Shown here one piece after another: positions 34,635 through 43,925 of a stretch of DNA of 60,592 bases. The stretch is from positions 1 through 60,592 of the forward strand of contig JALSQL010000012.1 in the NCBI GenBank assembly GCA_026985435.1. The letters run 5' to 3'. This DNA is from Acidilobaceae archaeon. Its GTDB lineage: Archaea; Thermoproteota; Thermoprotei_A; Sulfolobales; Acidilobaceae. Below the pieces are notes generated by a model. The model did no database searches, was not told the DNA's origin, and saw nothing but the letters and a program-made list of their open reading frames with translations. The translations under genes were made by a program, and so were the position numbers. Numbering within the stretch: the stretch's first letter is position 1; each line of letters begins with the position of its first letter.

Positions 34635-35729
34635 GTGCGCCGGGTGCCACGCGTAGCCGGGTACGACTACGCCATAGCAGGCATGGGGCCGGCCGGCGTC
34701 GCGGCGGCCTACAGGCTCGGCCGCCTAGGCTACAGGGTCGTCATACTCGAGGCCAACCCCCGCCCGGCAGTCAAGCCCTGCGGCTGGGGCGTGCCAGACG
34801 CCGAGTGGCTGCCGGCCCCGATCCCCCGGGGGAGCGTTGTCGCCCGCATAAGGCGCGCCCGCCTGCTCGTGGACGGCTCCGAGGCCATTAGGATCGAGGG
34901 GTGGCTGAGCGGCTACATAGTTGACAAGCCCGACTTCCTCGAGGAGCTCGCCGCCCAGGCGGGGGCCGAGGTGACGTACAGGGCCCCCCTGCTACCCCAC
35001 AGGGGCGAGGCCCGCATACCCGGCCGGGGGCTGGTGCGGCTCGACCCGTCGAGAAGCCTCGCGGCGGTCGGCAACGCGTACTACCCGGGGGAGAAGATCT
35101 TCGCTCTAGAGTACGAGGTCCGACTGCCAGAGGGCTGCGCCGACCCCGAGGAGCTGCTGATAGACTTCGACACGAGGCTAGTCGGCTACTACTGGCTCTT
35201 CCCCGCGCCCGGGGGCCTCTTCCAGGTCGGACTGGGCGGCTACGCCGACCCCCAGAGCCTCCGGGGGAGGCTCGACAGGTGGGTGCGGCGGCTACCTTGC
35301 AGGGCGGAGCCCGCCACGAGGCCCCGGGGCGCCCCTATAGCAGTGGGGGGCCTCAGGCTGTCGAGCCTGGCGGGGATACCCGTGGCCGGGGAGTCTGCTG
35401 GCTTCGTGCTGCCCCTAACCGGGGAGGGCATACGGCCCTCCATGGCCAGCGGCGCCGCCGCTGCGGGCGCCCTGGCGAGCGGTGGCGACCCCCTCGAGGC
35501 CCAGAAGGCCATACCGGCCGCCAGGGCCGTGGCCGCCCAGAGGAGGGTGCTAGAGAGGGTCCGTCGCATGGAGCCCGGCGAGAGGGCCAGCCTGCTGGCC
35601 TCGATACCGCCCCGTGTGCACGCGGAGGTTGCACTCGGGAGCCTGAGGAAGGCCGTCATACTCCGGGAGCTCTCGAGGAGGCCTAGGCTCGCCCTGAGGC
35701 TACTGCGACTCCTAGGGTTTTCAGAATAG
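34635..35729 (+). CDS. Geranylgeranyl reductase family FAD-dependent oxidoreductase
   Basis: YDYAIAGMGPAGVAAAYRLGRLGYRVVILE dinucleotide-binding start. ~360 aa. Confidence 0.8.
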   Translation: MRRVPRVAGYDYAIAGMGPAGVAAAYRLGRLGYRVVILEANPRPAVKPCGWGVPDAEWLPAPIPRGSVVARIRRARLLVDGSEAIRIEGWLSGYIVDKPDFLEELAAQAGAEVTYRAPLLPHRGEARIPGRGLVRLDPSRSLAAVGNAYYPGEKIFALEYEVRLPEGCADPEELLIDFDTRLVGYYWLFPAPGGLFQVGLGGYADPQSLRGRLDRWVRRLPCRAEPATRPRGAPIAVGGLRLSSLAGIPVAGESAGFVLPLTGEGIRPSMASGAAAAGALASGGDPLEAQKAIPAARAVAAQRRVLERVRRMEPGERASLLASIPPRVHAEVALGSLRKAVILRELSRRPRLALRLLRLLGFSE

Positions 35730-35814
35730 ATACTGGAGCCTGGCCGGTCATAGTTGTCCGCCAACACTATTATCCCCGAGACGCCTGGGCTAGGCGGGGG
35801 GTGCTGGCCTGGAC

Positions 35815-36324
35815 GTGCAGGGTGGCCCGGATGACAGGGACATAGAGATCCTCGAGTACCTCGAGTCCGATGCCAGGATACCCTGGCGCAGGCTCGCCAG
35901 CATCCTGGGAGTGAGCGAGGCCACGATATACATTAGGGTGAAGAAGCTCTCCTCCCTCGGCATACTAAGGGGGTTCCGGGCCCTGATAGACCCGTCTCCC
36001 CTGGGCCTCTCCACAGTGTTGTTCGTCTTCCTGAAGGTCAAGCCGGGCATGCTGGGCCGTGTCCGGGAAAAGCTCGGCGAGCTAGACTTCGTAGTCGAGA
36101 TTCACGAGGTAGCGGGCGACTACCAGCTTCTAGCCAAGGTGCTAGCCCCCAGCCAGGGCGAGGCCGCCAGGGCTGTGGAGGAGATAGCGGGAATAGAGGG
36201 GGTCACCGACTACGCCACGATAGCGTCGCTGCAGACCGTGAAGATCGACTCGAGCATAGTTAGGGCATACAAGTACTGGGCTCGGGTCGGCCAGCGAGAG
36301 TCCCCGGCCACCAGCCGCCGCTAG
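35815..36324 (+). CDS. Lrp/AsnC family transcriptional regulator
   Basis: HTH DIEILEYLESDARIPWRRLASILGVSEATIYIRVKKL followed by a RAM/ACT-like C-terminal domain. Confidence 0.85.
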   Translation: MQGGPDDRDIEILEYLESDARIPWRRLASILGVSEATIYIRVKKLSSLGILRGFRALIDPSPLGLSTVLFVFLKVKPGMLGRVREKLGELDFVVEIHEVAGDYQLLAKVLAPSQGEAARAVEEIAGIEGVTDYATIASLQTVKIDSSIVRAYKYWARVGQRESPATSRR

Positions 36325-36343
36325 GCGGCCTGGCCCCGGTTTC

Positions 36344-36509
36344 CTATACGTCATCCCCAGGCTTCCGGGGGCCGCAAACCGGGTTTATCGGCTTAACAGG
36401 AATACCGGCCCCGGCCTTCTGGGGGCCGCGTGGCGTTCCAGCCCTACCCTAACCCGTTAACCTCTATACGTATAGCTTTACCTATACATCGATATGTTTA
36501 TGTATAAGG
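36344..36509. promoter_or_regulatory. Cluster of TATAC half-sites / palindromes upstream of the giant protease gene
   Basis: ctatacgt at 36344-36351. Perfect 12-bp palindrome ctatacgtatag at 36464-36475. ctatacat at 36482-36489 faces the inverted atgtataag at 36500-36508. Confidence 0.35.
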
Positions 36510-36635
36510 GCTATTCTTACGGTTTCCGAGCATTTGTGAGCACTCTTCAGGGTCACAGGGATTACTTCTCTCTACTAAGTTTAGCTTATTAAGGGGGTCT
36601 CTCCGCCGTGGAGGCTGGCCTGTTGGGGTGGAAAT

Positions 36636-39600
36636 TTGCACACGCGCGACACCCTAGTCAGGGCTGCATCGCTAGCCCTAGCCCTAACGATGATACTGGC
36701 ATACGCGGCCCCGCTAGCCGCGGCGTGGAGCGGGCACACGGGCAGCCACCCCTATAATAGCGTCTACGCTGCCAGCAACAAGGGCCCCTGGGTCTACAAG
36801 ATCGACCCCGCCATACTGAGCGAGCTCGAGAAGGCCAGGCCCACCGACTACGTCGAGGTCGTGATACGCCTGAAGCCGCTACCCCAGGACGTTGTCGAGC
36901 AGGTTAGGGGCCACTACCAGGCCGCCGTCAACGCCCTCAAGGGCTGGGCTAAGCTAACCCAGGAGCCGATAGTGCAGCTGATAGCCGCCCACAAGGGCGT
37001 GGTGCTCCACAGGTTCTGGCTCGACAACGTCATACTGGCCAGGGTGCCCGCCCAGTTCGTCTACGATCTCGCCAAGAACCCGATGGTTGTGAGGATCTTC
37101 CCCAACTTCAAGGTACACGTGCTGGACGCTCCCGGCAAGAAGCCCGTTGAGGTGAAGCCCGGCCAGCAGGTCGAGAGCTGGGGCATCTTCAAGATAAGGG
37201 CCCCCGACGCCTGGGCCATGGGCTACACGGGCGAGGGCATCAGGATAGCTGTGCTCGACACCGGAGTCGACATAAGCCACCCGGCCCTCGCCGGGAAGAT
37301 GCTCACTCTAGACCCCAACGACCCCCACTACCCCGGCGGCTGGATGGAGTGGGACGGCAACGGTAACCCGGTCTGTAGCACGCCCCACGACACCCACGGC
37401 CACGGCACCCACACCAGCGGAACCGCCCTAGGCGGCGACACAGAGAACATACTCATAGGCGTGGCGCCCGGAGCCACCCTCATGCACGGCCTCGTCCTAC
37501 CCGGCGGCAGCGGTACCTTCGCCCAGGTGCTGGCCGGGATGGAGTGGACCGTCGACCCCTACGATTGCGACGGCAACCCCACTGGGCTACCCGCCCACGT
37601 GGTCAGCATGAGCTGGGGTGCCAGCGGCTACTATGGGAACGACCTCCTACCAGCCATATACGACATGCTGGTCGCCGACATCATACCCGTGGCCGCCATA
37701 GGCAACGACGGCCCCGGAACCTCTAGCAACCCCGGGAACATCTGGGGCGTCTTCGGCATAGGCGCCACCGACCAGGACGACAACCCCGCCTGGTTCAGCA
37801 GCGGTGAGGTGGTGAACTGGCCCAGCCCGCCCAGCGACTGGCCCTTCTTCGGCCAGTACCCCAGCACGTACATCAAGCCAGACTTCAGCGCGCCCGGAGT
37901 CGGCATCACGAGCTCCGTGCCCGGAGGCGGCTACGAGGCCTGGAGCGGCACCAGCATGGCCACGCCGCACGTAAGTGGCACCGTCGCCCTGATACTCCAG
38001 GCCGCGGGCTGGACCGACTTCAACATACCCGACCTGCCCGAGAAGGTGTACGAGATCCTGAACGAGAGCGCGGTCGACCTGGGAGACCCCGGCCAGGACA
38101 TCCGCTACGGGTGGGGTAGGATAGACGCCGCCGCGGCCGTCCAGATAGCCCAGCAGTACGCCAAGAAGAGCGGCGTGCAGGGCTACGTGCTCGACGCCGT
38201 GGACCAGAGCCCCATACCCTGGGCGACCGTCACAGTCGAGGAGATAAACAAGACTGTCGGCGTGAACAACGACGGCTTCTTCAAGATACCCCTAGACCCC
38301 GGGAACTACACACTACTCTTCCAGGCCTGGGGCTACCAGAGCCAGGAGGTCCAGGTCACGGTTGTACTGCTCAACGGCACCATTGCTGGCTTCGTCTATG
38401 ACGCTGTGACCCAGCAGCCCATACAGGGCGCCGTAGTGACCGCCGTCGAGGCAAACGCCAGCGCCGTCACAGACGCTAACGGCTGGTTCCAGATAAGCGT
38501 AGAGCCAGGCACCTACACGGTTGTAGCCAACGCCACCGGCTACTACCCGGCTGAGCAGCAGGTGAGCGTTGACGAGAACGAGACTGTCGTGGTGAACTTC
38601 CAGCTGACACCCAACCAGCCCGGCTACATAGAGGGCTACGTCTTCGACGCCAACACCAGCCAGCCCATAGAGGGCGCCCTAGTAACAGCCGTGGGCCCCA
38701 TGGGGGCCTTCAACGCGACCACCAACGCCAGCGGCTACTACCAGGTCGAGGTGCCGCCCGGCAACTACACTATCTACGCCTGGAAGCAGGGCTACCAGGC
38801 TGGCGAGGCCCAGGCGCTCGTCGGCCCCGGGGAGCACGTCGTGGTCAACTTCACCCTAGAGCCCATACCGCCCGCGGTCGTGGTCATAGGTAACGCCTAC
38901 GCTGGCCATCACATACCCGACATACTGGAGCAGGCAGGGTTCAACGTCGTAGAGTACGATAGTGCCAGCCAGTTCCTCCAGGACTACAACAGCGGCCTCG
39001 TGAACCCCGCTGTGGTCGTGGTGGATCACTGGAGCAGCAGCGGCGGCGACCCAGGAGCTGACACCGTGATAAGCCTGCTATCGCTGGCGTTCGAGGGCGT
39101 CTCCATAGTGCTACTCGACACCTCATACGCTGGAACCACCGGCGGCAAGGGAGTCTACTATCATAACGACGAGGTCGAGTCCGCCCTGGGCATACCGGCC
39201 CCCGACGGTTATAGCTACGGCTACCCGAGCCCGGAGTATGTGAAGGTGAACCTGACCGAGGCCGGCCTCCAGCACCCGATCTTCCAGGGCGTGCCGCTAG
39301 ACGGCGACACCTGGTTCTACCTGGCCGACGTGGACAACTCCTACTATGCTGACTACCTGTACTACGCGTTCACCGACGACAACGCTAGCCAGATGGTCAT
39401 CCTAGCAGACCTCGTAGACGAGTCCTCCGGGAGCAGCGGGCCGAGCGCTGTGGTTGTGAACTCCACCCCCGCCCCGATAATCTACATGGGCAGCTGGGCC
39501 GAGAGCGACTACATGCAGTACCTGCAGCCGGGCGGCGATGGCATGTACAGCAACTCCACGCTGCAGAGCCTTGTGAACGCTGTAGCGTACGCCTACCAGA

Positions 39601-41678
39601 TGGCTGGCCTCAGCTATACCCCCGACTTCGCCGCCCACAAGGCCAGTCCCACTGGCGTGGAGCCCCTGCTCTACACTAACGTGACCGTGTACCTGGAGAG
39701 GCAGCCCTACGGCTACGTCGCCGGCCACGTCGTCGGGAGCGACGGCATGGACATTGCCGGCGCTAAGATCTACGTTGTCGGCACGCCGATAAGCGCTGTC
39801 ACAGACGAGCAGGGCAATTTCGAGTTCTGGCTGCCCGAGGGCACCTACACCCTAGTATTCGAGGCCCCCGGCTACATGCAGCTAGCGCTAAACGTGACCG
39901 TGGCGGCGAATGAGACCACCAACCTAGGAGACGTGGTGCTCCAGAGGATACCCAGGTTCGCCATACTCTACGACTACGCTGGCGAGATTAAGGCGTTCCT
40001 CGAGACCCTAGGCTACTACGCCGACGACTTCGATAGTGTGGAGGATATAGCTGCTGCGGTAGCCACGGGCTTCTACGACGCGGCCATATGGGCTGGCCAC
40101 TACGGCGTCCCCTTCCCGAGCCAGGACGAGTTCGAGATGTTCGTGAACGCCACTGAGCAGGCTGGCATCAGCGTGATATGGCTCGACAACTGGGGCCCCT
40201 ACGGCTACGGTATCAAGGTGCTATCAGCCTACACCGGCGACCCCGCCTGTGAGAGCGACAGCTGGGGAGCCTATCCCTACGCTCACATACTGGCGAAGCA
40301 CCTGATAACCAGGGACTTCAACGTTGGCGACATAGTCCAGCTGACCACTGACTCGGCGAGCGACTTCAGCTGGTTCTGCCAGTTCAGCGGCACAGTACTG
40401 GCCAACCTCTACATACAGGGCTACGGTGACGTCGGCAACCTGATAGGCTACAAGCTGCTGCCCGACGGCAGGAAGTACGTGCTGCTAGCCAGCATGGCCC
40501 CCGAGGAGTGGACCGACATGGCCTACTGGACAGATGCGGCGTTCAGCATACTGGCGAACGCCGCCCTCTTCGCCGTCCAGAAGCCCGTCAACCTGACCCT
40601 AGAGCCGAGTGCCGCCCACGTTGGCGACACGGTCGAGGTCTACCTGAGCGGCGCCCCGGCCAACACCACGTTCAACGTGACCTTCAACGGCCAGCTAATA
40701 GCGACTGTGACCACCGACGAGAACGGCACCGCCGAGGCCAGCTTCACCGTGCCGCTAATACCCGGCGGCACCTACTCGGTTGACGCGGTCAGCCTCGACT
40801 ACAGGTACTACGGCCACGCGGACCTAGAGCTTGTAGCCTACCTGAGCGTGACGCCTGCCAGTGTTGACAGCCAGCCTGCGATGCTGCACGTGGTCGGCAC
40901 CGGCTTCTACGCTAATGAGACTGTCAACCTCTACCTTGACGGCAACTGGCTGAGCATGATAGTGGCCAACTCCAGCGGCGCCTTCGAGGTAGACGTGAAC
41001 CTACCCATAGTGGCAGTTGGCGACCACTACATAAAGGCCGTCTCCCTAGAGGCGGGCTCGCCCGAGCTCAGGGGCGAGGCCGAGGTCTACGTTGCCAGCG
41101 AGCCCTTCAGCCAGGTGCTGGGCGCCATCAGCAGCATATCCGGCGGCCTCGTAGGCGTGAACGGCACCCTAGCGCAGATAGCGACCGACACCGGCATCAT
41201 AAAGGCCAAGCTAGACTCCCTCAACGCCAGCCTGGCCGGGCTCATCGAGACCAGGAGCGGCGAGATACTGGCAGTCCTAAACACCAGCTACGGCCAGATA
41301 GTCGCCTCCCTAGACGACCTGGCCAGCCTCGGAGACCAGATCGTAAACGGCCTCTACAACGTCAACGGCAGCCTGATCGCCGCGATAAACGATGGCAACA
41401 ACAGGATACTAGTCAACATATCAGCCCTCCTAGACGGTAAGGCCTCCAGCCTCCAGGACGCCATAGTAAACGCCATCAACAGCAAGGGAGACCAGATCAT
41501 AAACGCCATCAACAGCCTATCCCAGAGCCTACAGCAGAACCTCACAAGCCTAAGCGCTAAGGTCGGCAAGACCGAGAGCCAGGTGTCAACCGCCAGGAAC
41601 CTCGGCGCCGCCGGGACGGCGCTAGGCCTCATATCGCTGGCAGCCGCTGCGTTCGCCATAGCCCGCCGCGGAGCCTAA
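36636..41678 (+). CDS. Giant membrane-anchored subtilisin-like (S8) serine protease with beta-sandwich repeats and coiled-coil stalk
   Basis: TTG start preceded by ggggtgg. Signal peptide aa 8-30. Catalytic triad in VLDTGVD (D208), HGHGTHTSG (H256), GTSMATPHVSG (S440). Four CarboxypepD_reg-like repeats, two Ig-like domains, an Asn/Leu/Ile-rich stalk at aa ~1490-1650, and TM LGAAGTALGLISLAAAAFAIA plus RRGA. Confidence 0.9.
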   Translation: MHTRDTLVRAASLALALTMILAYAAPLAAAWSGHTGSHPYNSVYAASNKGPWVYKIDPAILSELEKARPTDYVEVVIRLKPLPQDVVEQVRGHYQAAVNALKGWAKLTQEPIVQLIAAHKGVVLHRFWLDNVILARVPAQFVYDLAKNPMVVRIFPNFKVHVLDAPGKKPVEVKPGQQVESWGIFKIRAPDAWAMGYTGEGIRIAVLDTGVDISHPALAGKMLTLDPNDPHYPGGWMEWDGNGNPVCSTPHDTHGHGTHTSGTALGGDTENILIGVAPGATLMHGLVLPGGSGTFAQVLAGMEWTVDPYDCDGNPTGLPAHVVSMSWGASGYYGNDLLPAIYDMLVADIIPVAAIGNDGPGTSSNPGNIWGVFGIGATDQDDNPAWFSSGEVVNWPSPPSDWPFFGQYPSTYIKPDFSAPGVGITSSVPGGGYEAWSGTSMATPHVSGTVALILQAAGWTDFNIPDLPEKVYEILNESAVDLGDPGQDIRYGWGRIDAAAAVQIAQQYAKKSGVQGYVLDAVDQSPIPWATVTVEEINKTVGVNNDGFFKIPLDPGNYTLLFQAWGYQSQEVQVTVVLLNGTIAGFVYDAVTQQPIQGAVVTAVEANASAVTDANGWFQISVEPGTYTVVANATGYYPAEQQVSVDENETVVVNFQLTPNQPGYIEGYVFDANTSQPIEGALVTAVGPMGAFNATTNASGYYQVEVPPGNYTIYAWKQGYQAGEAQALVGPGEHVVVNFTLEPIPPAVVVIGNAYAGHHIPDILEQAGFNVVEYDSASQFLQDYNSGLVNPAVVVVDHWSSSGGDPGADTVISLLSLAFEGVSIVLLDTSYAGTTGGKGVYYHNDEVESALGIPAPDGYSYGYPSPEYVKVNLTEAGLQHPIFQGVPLDGDTWFYLADVDNSYYADYLYYAFTDDNASQMVILADLVDESSGSSGPSAVVVNSTPAPIIYMGSWAESDYMQYLQPGGDGMYSNSTLQSLVNAVAYAYQMAGLSYTPDFAAHKASPTGVEPLLYTNVTVYLERQPYGYVAGHVVGSDGMDIAGAKIYVVGTPISAVTDEQGNFEFWLPEGTYTLVFEAPGYMQLALNVTVAANETTNLGDVVLQRIPRFAILYDYAGEIKAFLETLGYYADDFDSVEDIAAAVATGFYDAAIWAGHYGVPFPSQDEFEMFVNATEQAGISVIWLDNWGPYGYGIKVLSAYTGDPACESDSWGAYPYAHILAKHLITRDFNVGDIVQLTTDSASDFSWFCQFSGTVLANLYIQGYGDVGNLIGYKLLPDGRKYVLLASMAPEEWTDMAYWTDAAFSILANAALFAVQKPVNLTLEPSAAHVGDTVEVYLSGAPANTTFNVTFNGQLIATVTTDENGTAEASFTVPLIPGGTYSVDAVSLDYRYYGHADLELVAYLSVTPASVDSQPAMLHVVGTGFYANETVNLYLDGNWLSMIVANSSGAFEVDVNLPIVAVGDHYIKAVSLEAGSPELRGEAEVYVASEPFSQVLGAISSISGGLVGVNGTLAQIATDTGIIKAKLDSLNASLAGLIETRSGEILAVLNTSYGQIVASLDDLASLGDQIVNGLYNVNGSLIAAINDGNNRILVNISALLDGKASSLQDAIVNAINSKGDQIINAINSLSQSLQQNLTSLSAKVGKTESQVSTARNLGAAGTALGLISLAAAAFAIARRGA

Positions 41679-41714
41679 GGCTCCCCGGATATCCCAATAC
41701 TCCCCTATTTCCAG

Positions 41715-41722
41715 TTCTTTTT
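41715..41722 (+). terminator. Oligo-T tract downstream of protease gene
   Basis: ttcttttt about 40 nt after the stop at 41678. Archaeal terminators are typically T-tracts. Confidence 0.3.
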
Positions 41723-41869
41723 CGGTAACCCCCCTCATACTATATCGTCAGCCCCCGGTTCTACTGGTTCCCCCGCGTCTAGCGATCTTTGAGTGCCTGC
41801 GCGGCATCCCAGGGGATGGGGGGGTTGGCATGCACGGTAGCTACACTAGCCCCCGAGCGGTCTAGAAGG

Positions 41870-41948
41870 TGGTGCGGCGGCCGGGATTTGAACCCGGGAC
41901 CTCCGGCTTGGCAGGCCGGCGTCCTAGTCCAGGCTAGACGACCGCCGC
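41870..41948 (-). tRNA. tRNA-Gly (anticodon GCC), CCA encoded
   Basis: Reverse complement reads GCGGCGG-UC-GUCU...GGAC-G-CCGGC-CUGCCAA-GCCGG-AGGUC-CCGGG-UUCAAAU-CCCGG-CCGCCGC-A-CCA. Full cloverleaf with a 7-bp acceptor stem and the GTTCAAATC T-loop. Confidence 0.9.
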
Positions 41949-42070
41949 TTCTCCTCCCGTTGGGGGTGGCTAGTAATCGGCCTCTTAATATGCGTTACGC
42001 CCTGGTCTGCGGGCCTCAAGCATTATATACGTCCTTAGGCGAACCCGGGCTCCGCGAGAGTCTAACCTGG

Positions 42071-43432
42071 GTGGTTGTGTTGCCCGGCGAGGAGGGTAAG
42101 GTTGACTGGTACGCCCTCAGCAAGGAGCTGCACCGCTTCTACGGCGGCAAGATAGAGACCATACCGAAGGTGCCAGTCAGGCGGGTCAAGGACTTCGCCA
42201 TATGGTACACTCCGGGCGTCGCCGAGCCAAGCAGGATTATAGCCAGGAACCCCGACGAGAGCTTCGAGCTGACCAGCCGCTGGAACACCATAGCGGTCGT
42301 CAGCGATGGCACCAGGGTGCTGGGCCTCGGCAGCATAGGGCCCGAGGGCGCCTACCCCGTGATGGAGGGTAAGGCCCTCATATTCAAGTTCCTAGGCGGC
42401 GTAGACGCGGTCCCGCTCGTGCACAGGGCTAGGGACCCCGAGAAGTTCCTCGAGCTACTAGAGAACGTGGAGCCAAGCTTCGGCGGGATAAACCTCGAGG
42501 ACATAGAGAGCCCCAAGTGCTTCTACCTACTCGAGGAGGCCAGGAAGAGGCTCGAGATACCGGTGTGGCACGACGACCAGCAGGGCACTGCCGCGGCGAC
42601 GCTGGCAGGCCTCATAAACGCGGTGAAGCTGGTGGGGAAGGACCTCCGCAAGGCTAGGATCGTCCTCATAGGCGCTGGCGCGGCGAACGTGGCCCTCTAC
42701 AGGCTACTCAAAGCCTACGGTGTCGACGTTGGCAACGTCGCGGTTCTAGATAGTAGGGGCGTGCTACACCCCGACAGGGAGGACATAGACAAGCTCATGG
42801 TGAGGAACCCGTGGAAGTACCAGATAGCCGTTGAGACCAAGGGGGCTGGCCTGCGGCCCGGCGCCGGCCCAGGCGAGGCCCTGGTGGGCGCCGATATAGT
42901 TGTGGCGGCGAGCAAGCCCGGCCCTGGCGTCATAAAGAAGGAGTGGGTGGCCAAGATGGCGAAGGGCGCTATAGTTTTCGCCGAGGCGAACCCTGTACCC
43001 GAGATCTGGCCCTGGGAGGCCAAGGAGGCTGGCGCCGCCATCGTTGCAACGGGTAGGAGCGACCTGCCCAACCAGGTCAACAACAGCCTCGTCTTCCCCG
43101 GGGTGTTCAGGGGCGTGCTAGACGTGAGGGCTAGGGGGATAACCGACGAGATGGCCATAGCCGCGGCCGAGGAGATAGCCAGGTACGCCGAGGAGAAGGG
43201 CCTGCGGGAGGACTACATAATACCCACCATGGAGGAGTGGGACCTCTACCCGAGGGTCGCAGCGGCCGTCGCAGCCAAGGCCGTGGAGCAGGGCCTGGCG
43301 AGGAGGACCACCACCTACCGCGAGGAACTCGAGAGGGCCAGGGAGATCATCGCCAGGGTTAGGGCCAAGTATGAGAAGCTCTGGGAGAGCGGCCTAATAC
43401 CTAAGCCTCCCGTAGACTACGAGCGGGGGTGA
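42071..43432 (+). CDS. NAD(P)-dependent malic enzyme
   Basis: [53 protein letters not shown] and WHDDQQGTA motifs. The track ORF from 41789 overlaps the tRNA, so a GTG/TTG start at 42071-42080 behind the TATA-like cattatata is more likely. Confidence 0.85.
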   Translation: MVVLPGEEGKVDWYALSKELHRFYGGKIETIPKVPVRRVKDFAIWYTPGVAEPSRIIARNPDESFELTSRWNTIAVVSDGTRVLGLGSIGPEGAYPVMEGKALIFKFLGGVDAVPLVHRARDPEKFLELLENVEPSFGGINLEDIESPKCFYLLEEARKRLEIPVWHDDQQGTAAATLAGLINAVKLVGKDLRKARIVLIGAGAANVALYRLLKAYGVDVGNVAVLDSRGVLHPDREDIDKLMVRNPWKYQIAVETKGAGLRPGAGPGEALVGADIVVAASKPGPGVIKKEWVAKMAKGAIVFAEANPVPEIWPWEAKEAGAAIVATGRSDLPNQVNNSLVFPGVFRGVLDVRARGITDEMAIAAAEEIARYAEEKGLREDYIIPTMEEWDLYPRVAAAVAAKAVEQGLARRTTTYREELERAREIIARVRAKYEKLWESGLIPKPPVDYERG

Positions 43433-43438
43433 CGCGGC

Positions 43439-43912
43439 GTGTACGAGCCCAGCGTAGTCGTTAGGAAGGCGCTGCCAGACGACATCCCCAAGGCGGCTGA
43501 CCTCATATACAGGTTCTACCTGTTCAACGAGGAGTTCGACCCGGCCTGGGCCGCCGTGGAGGACCGCTCGAGGGCCGAGGAGCTGGCCCGCAATGCGGTG
43601 GAGAGCGAGAGGGAGATCCTCCTGGTGGCCGAGGAGAACGGCGAGGTCGTAGGGGTAGCGAGGGCGGTCCTCGAGGAGAACCCCATGCTGGAGGCGAGCC
43701 CCCTGGCAGTCCTGAAGGAGCTCTACGTAAAACCAGAGTATAGGAGGCGGGGGATAGCCTCCCTCCTAGTCGAGGAGGCCTTCAGGGCCCTCCAGGAGGC
43801 CGGAGCCAGGGCCCTGGCGGCCGAGTTCCCGGCCCAGAACAGGGTCGCCAAGTCCTTCTACGAGAAGCTAGGGTTTAGAGCGTTCCGAAGCGTCTACATA
43901 AGGGAGGCCTAG
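43439..43912 (+). CDS. GNAT-family N-acetyltransferase
   Basis: 157 aa. Acetyl-CoA motif A in VKPEYRRRGIASLLVEEA and FYEKLGFR at the C-terminus. Confidence 0.8.
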   Translation: MYEPSVVVRKALPDDIPKAADLIYRFYLFNEEFDPAWAAVEDRSRAEELARNAVESEREILLVAEENGEVVGVARAVLEENPMLEASPLAVLKELYVKPEYRRRGIASLLVEEAFRALQEAGARALAAEFPAQNRVAKSFYEKLGFRAFRSVYIREA

Positions 43913-43925
43913 GGGGTGAACGCGC

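Noticed and set aside
41789-42070. N-terminal 94 codons of the track ORF for malic enzyme
   Set aside because: This part runs antisense through the tRNA-Gly gene and its promoter. Homology to malic enzymes only begins near residue 100, and a TATA-like box lies inside the extension.
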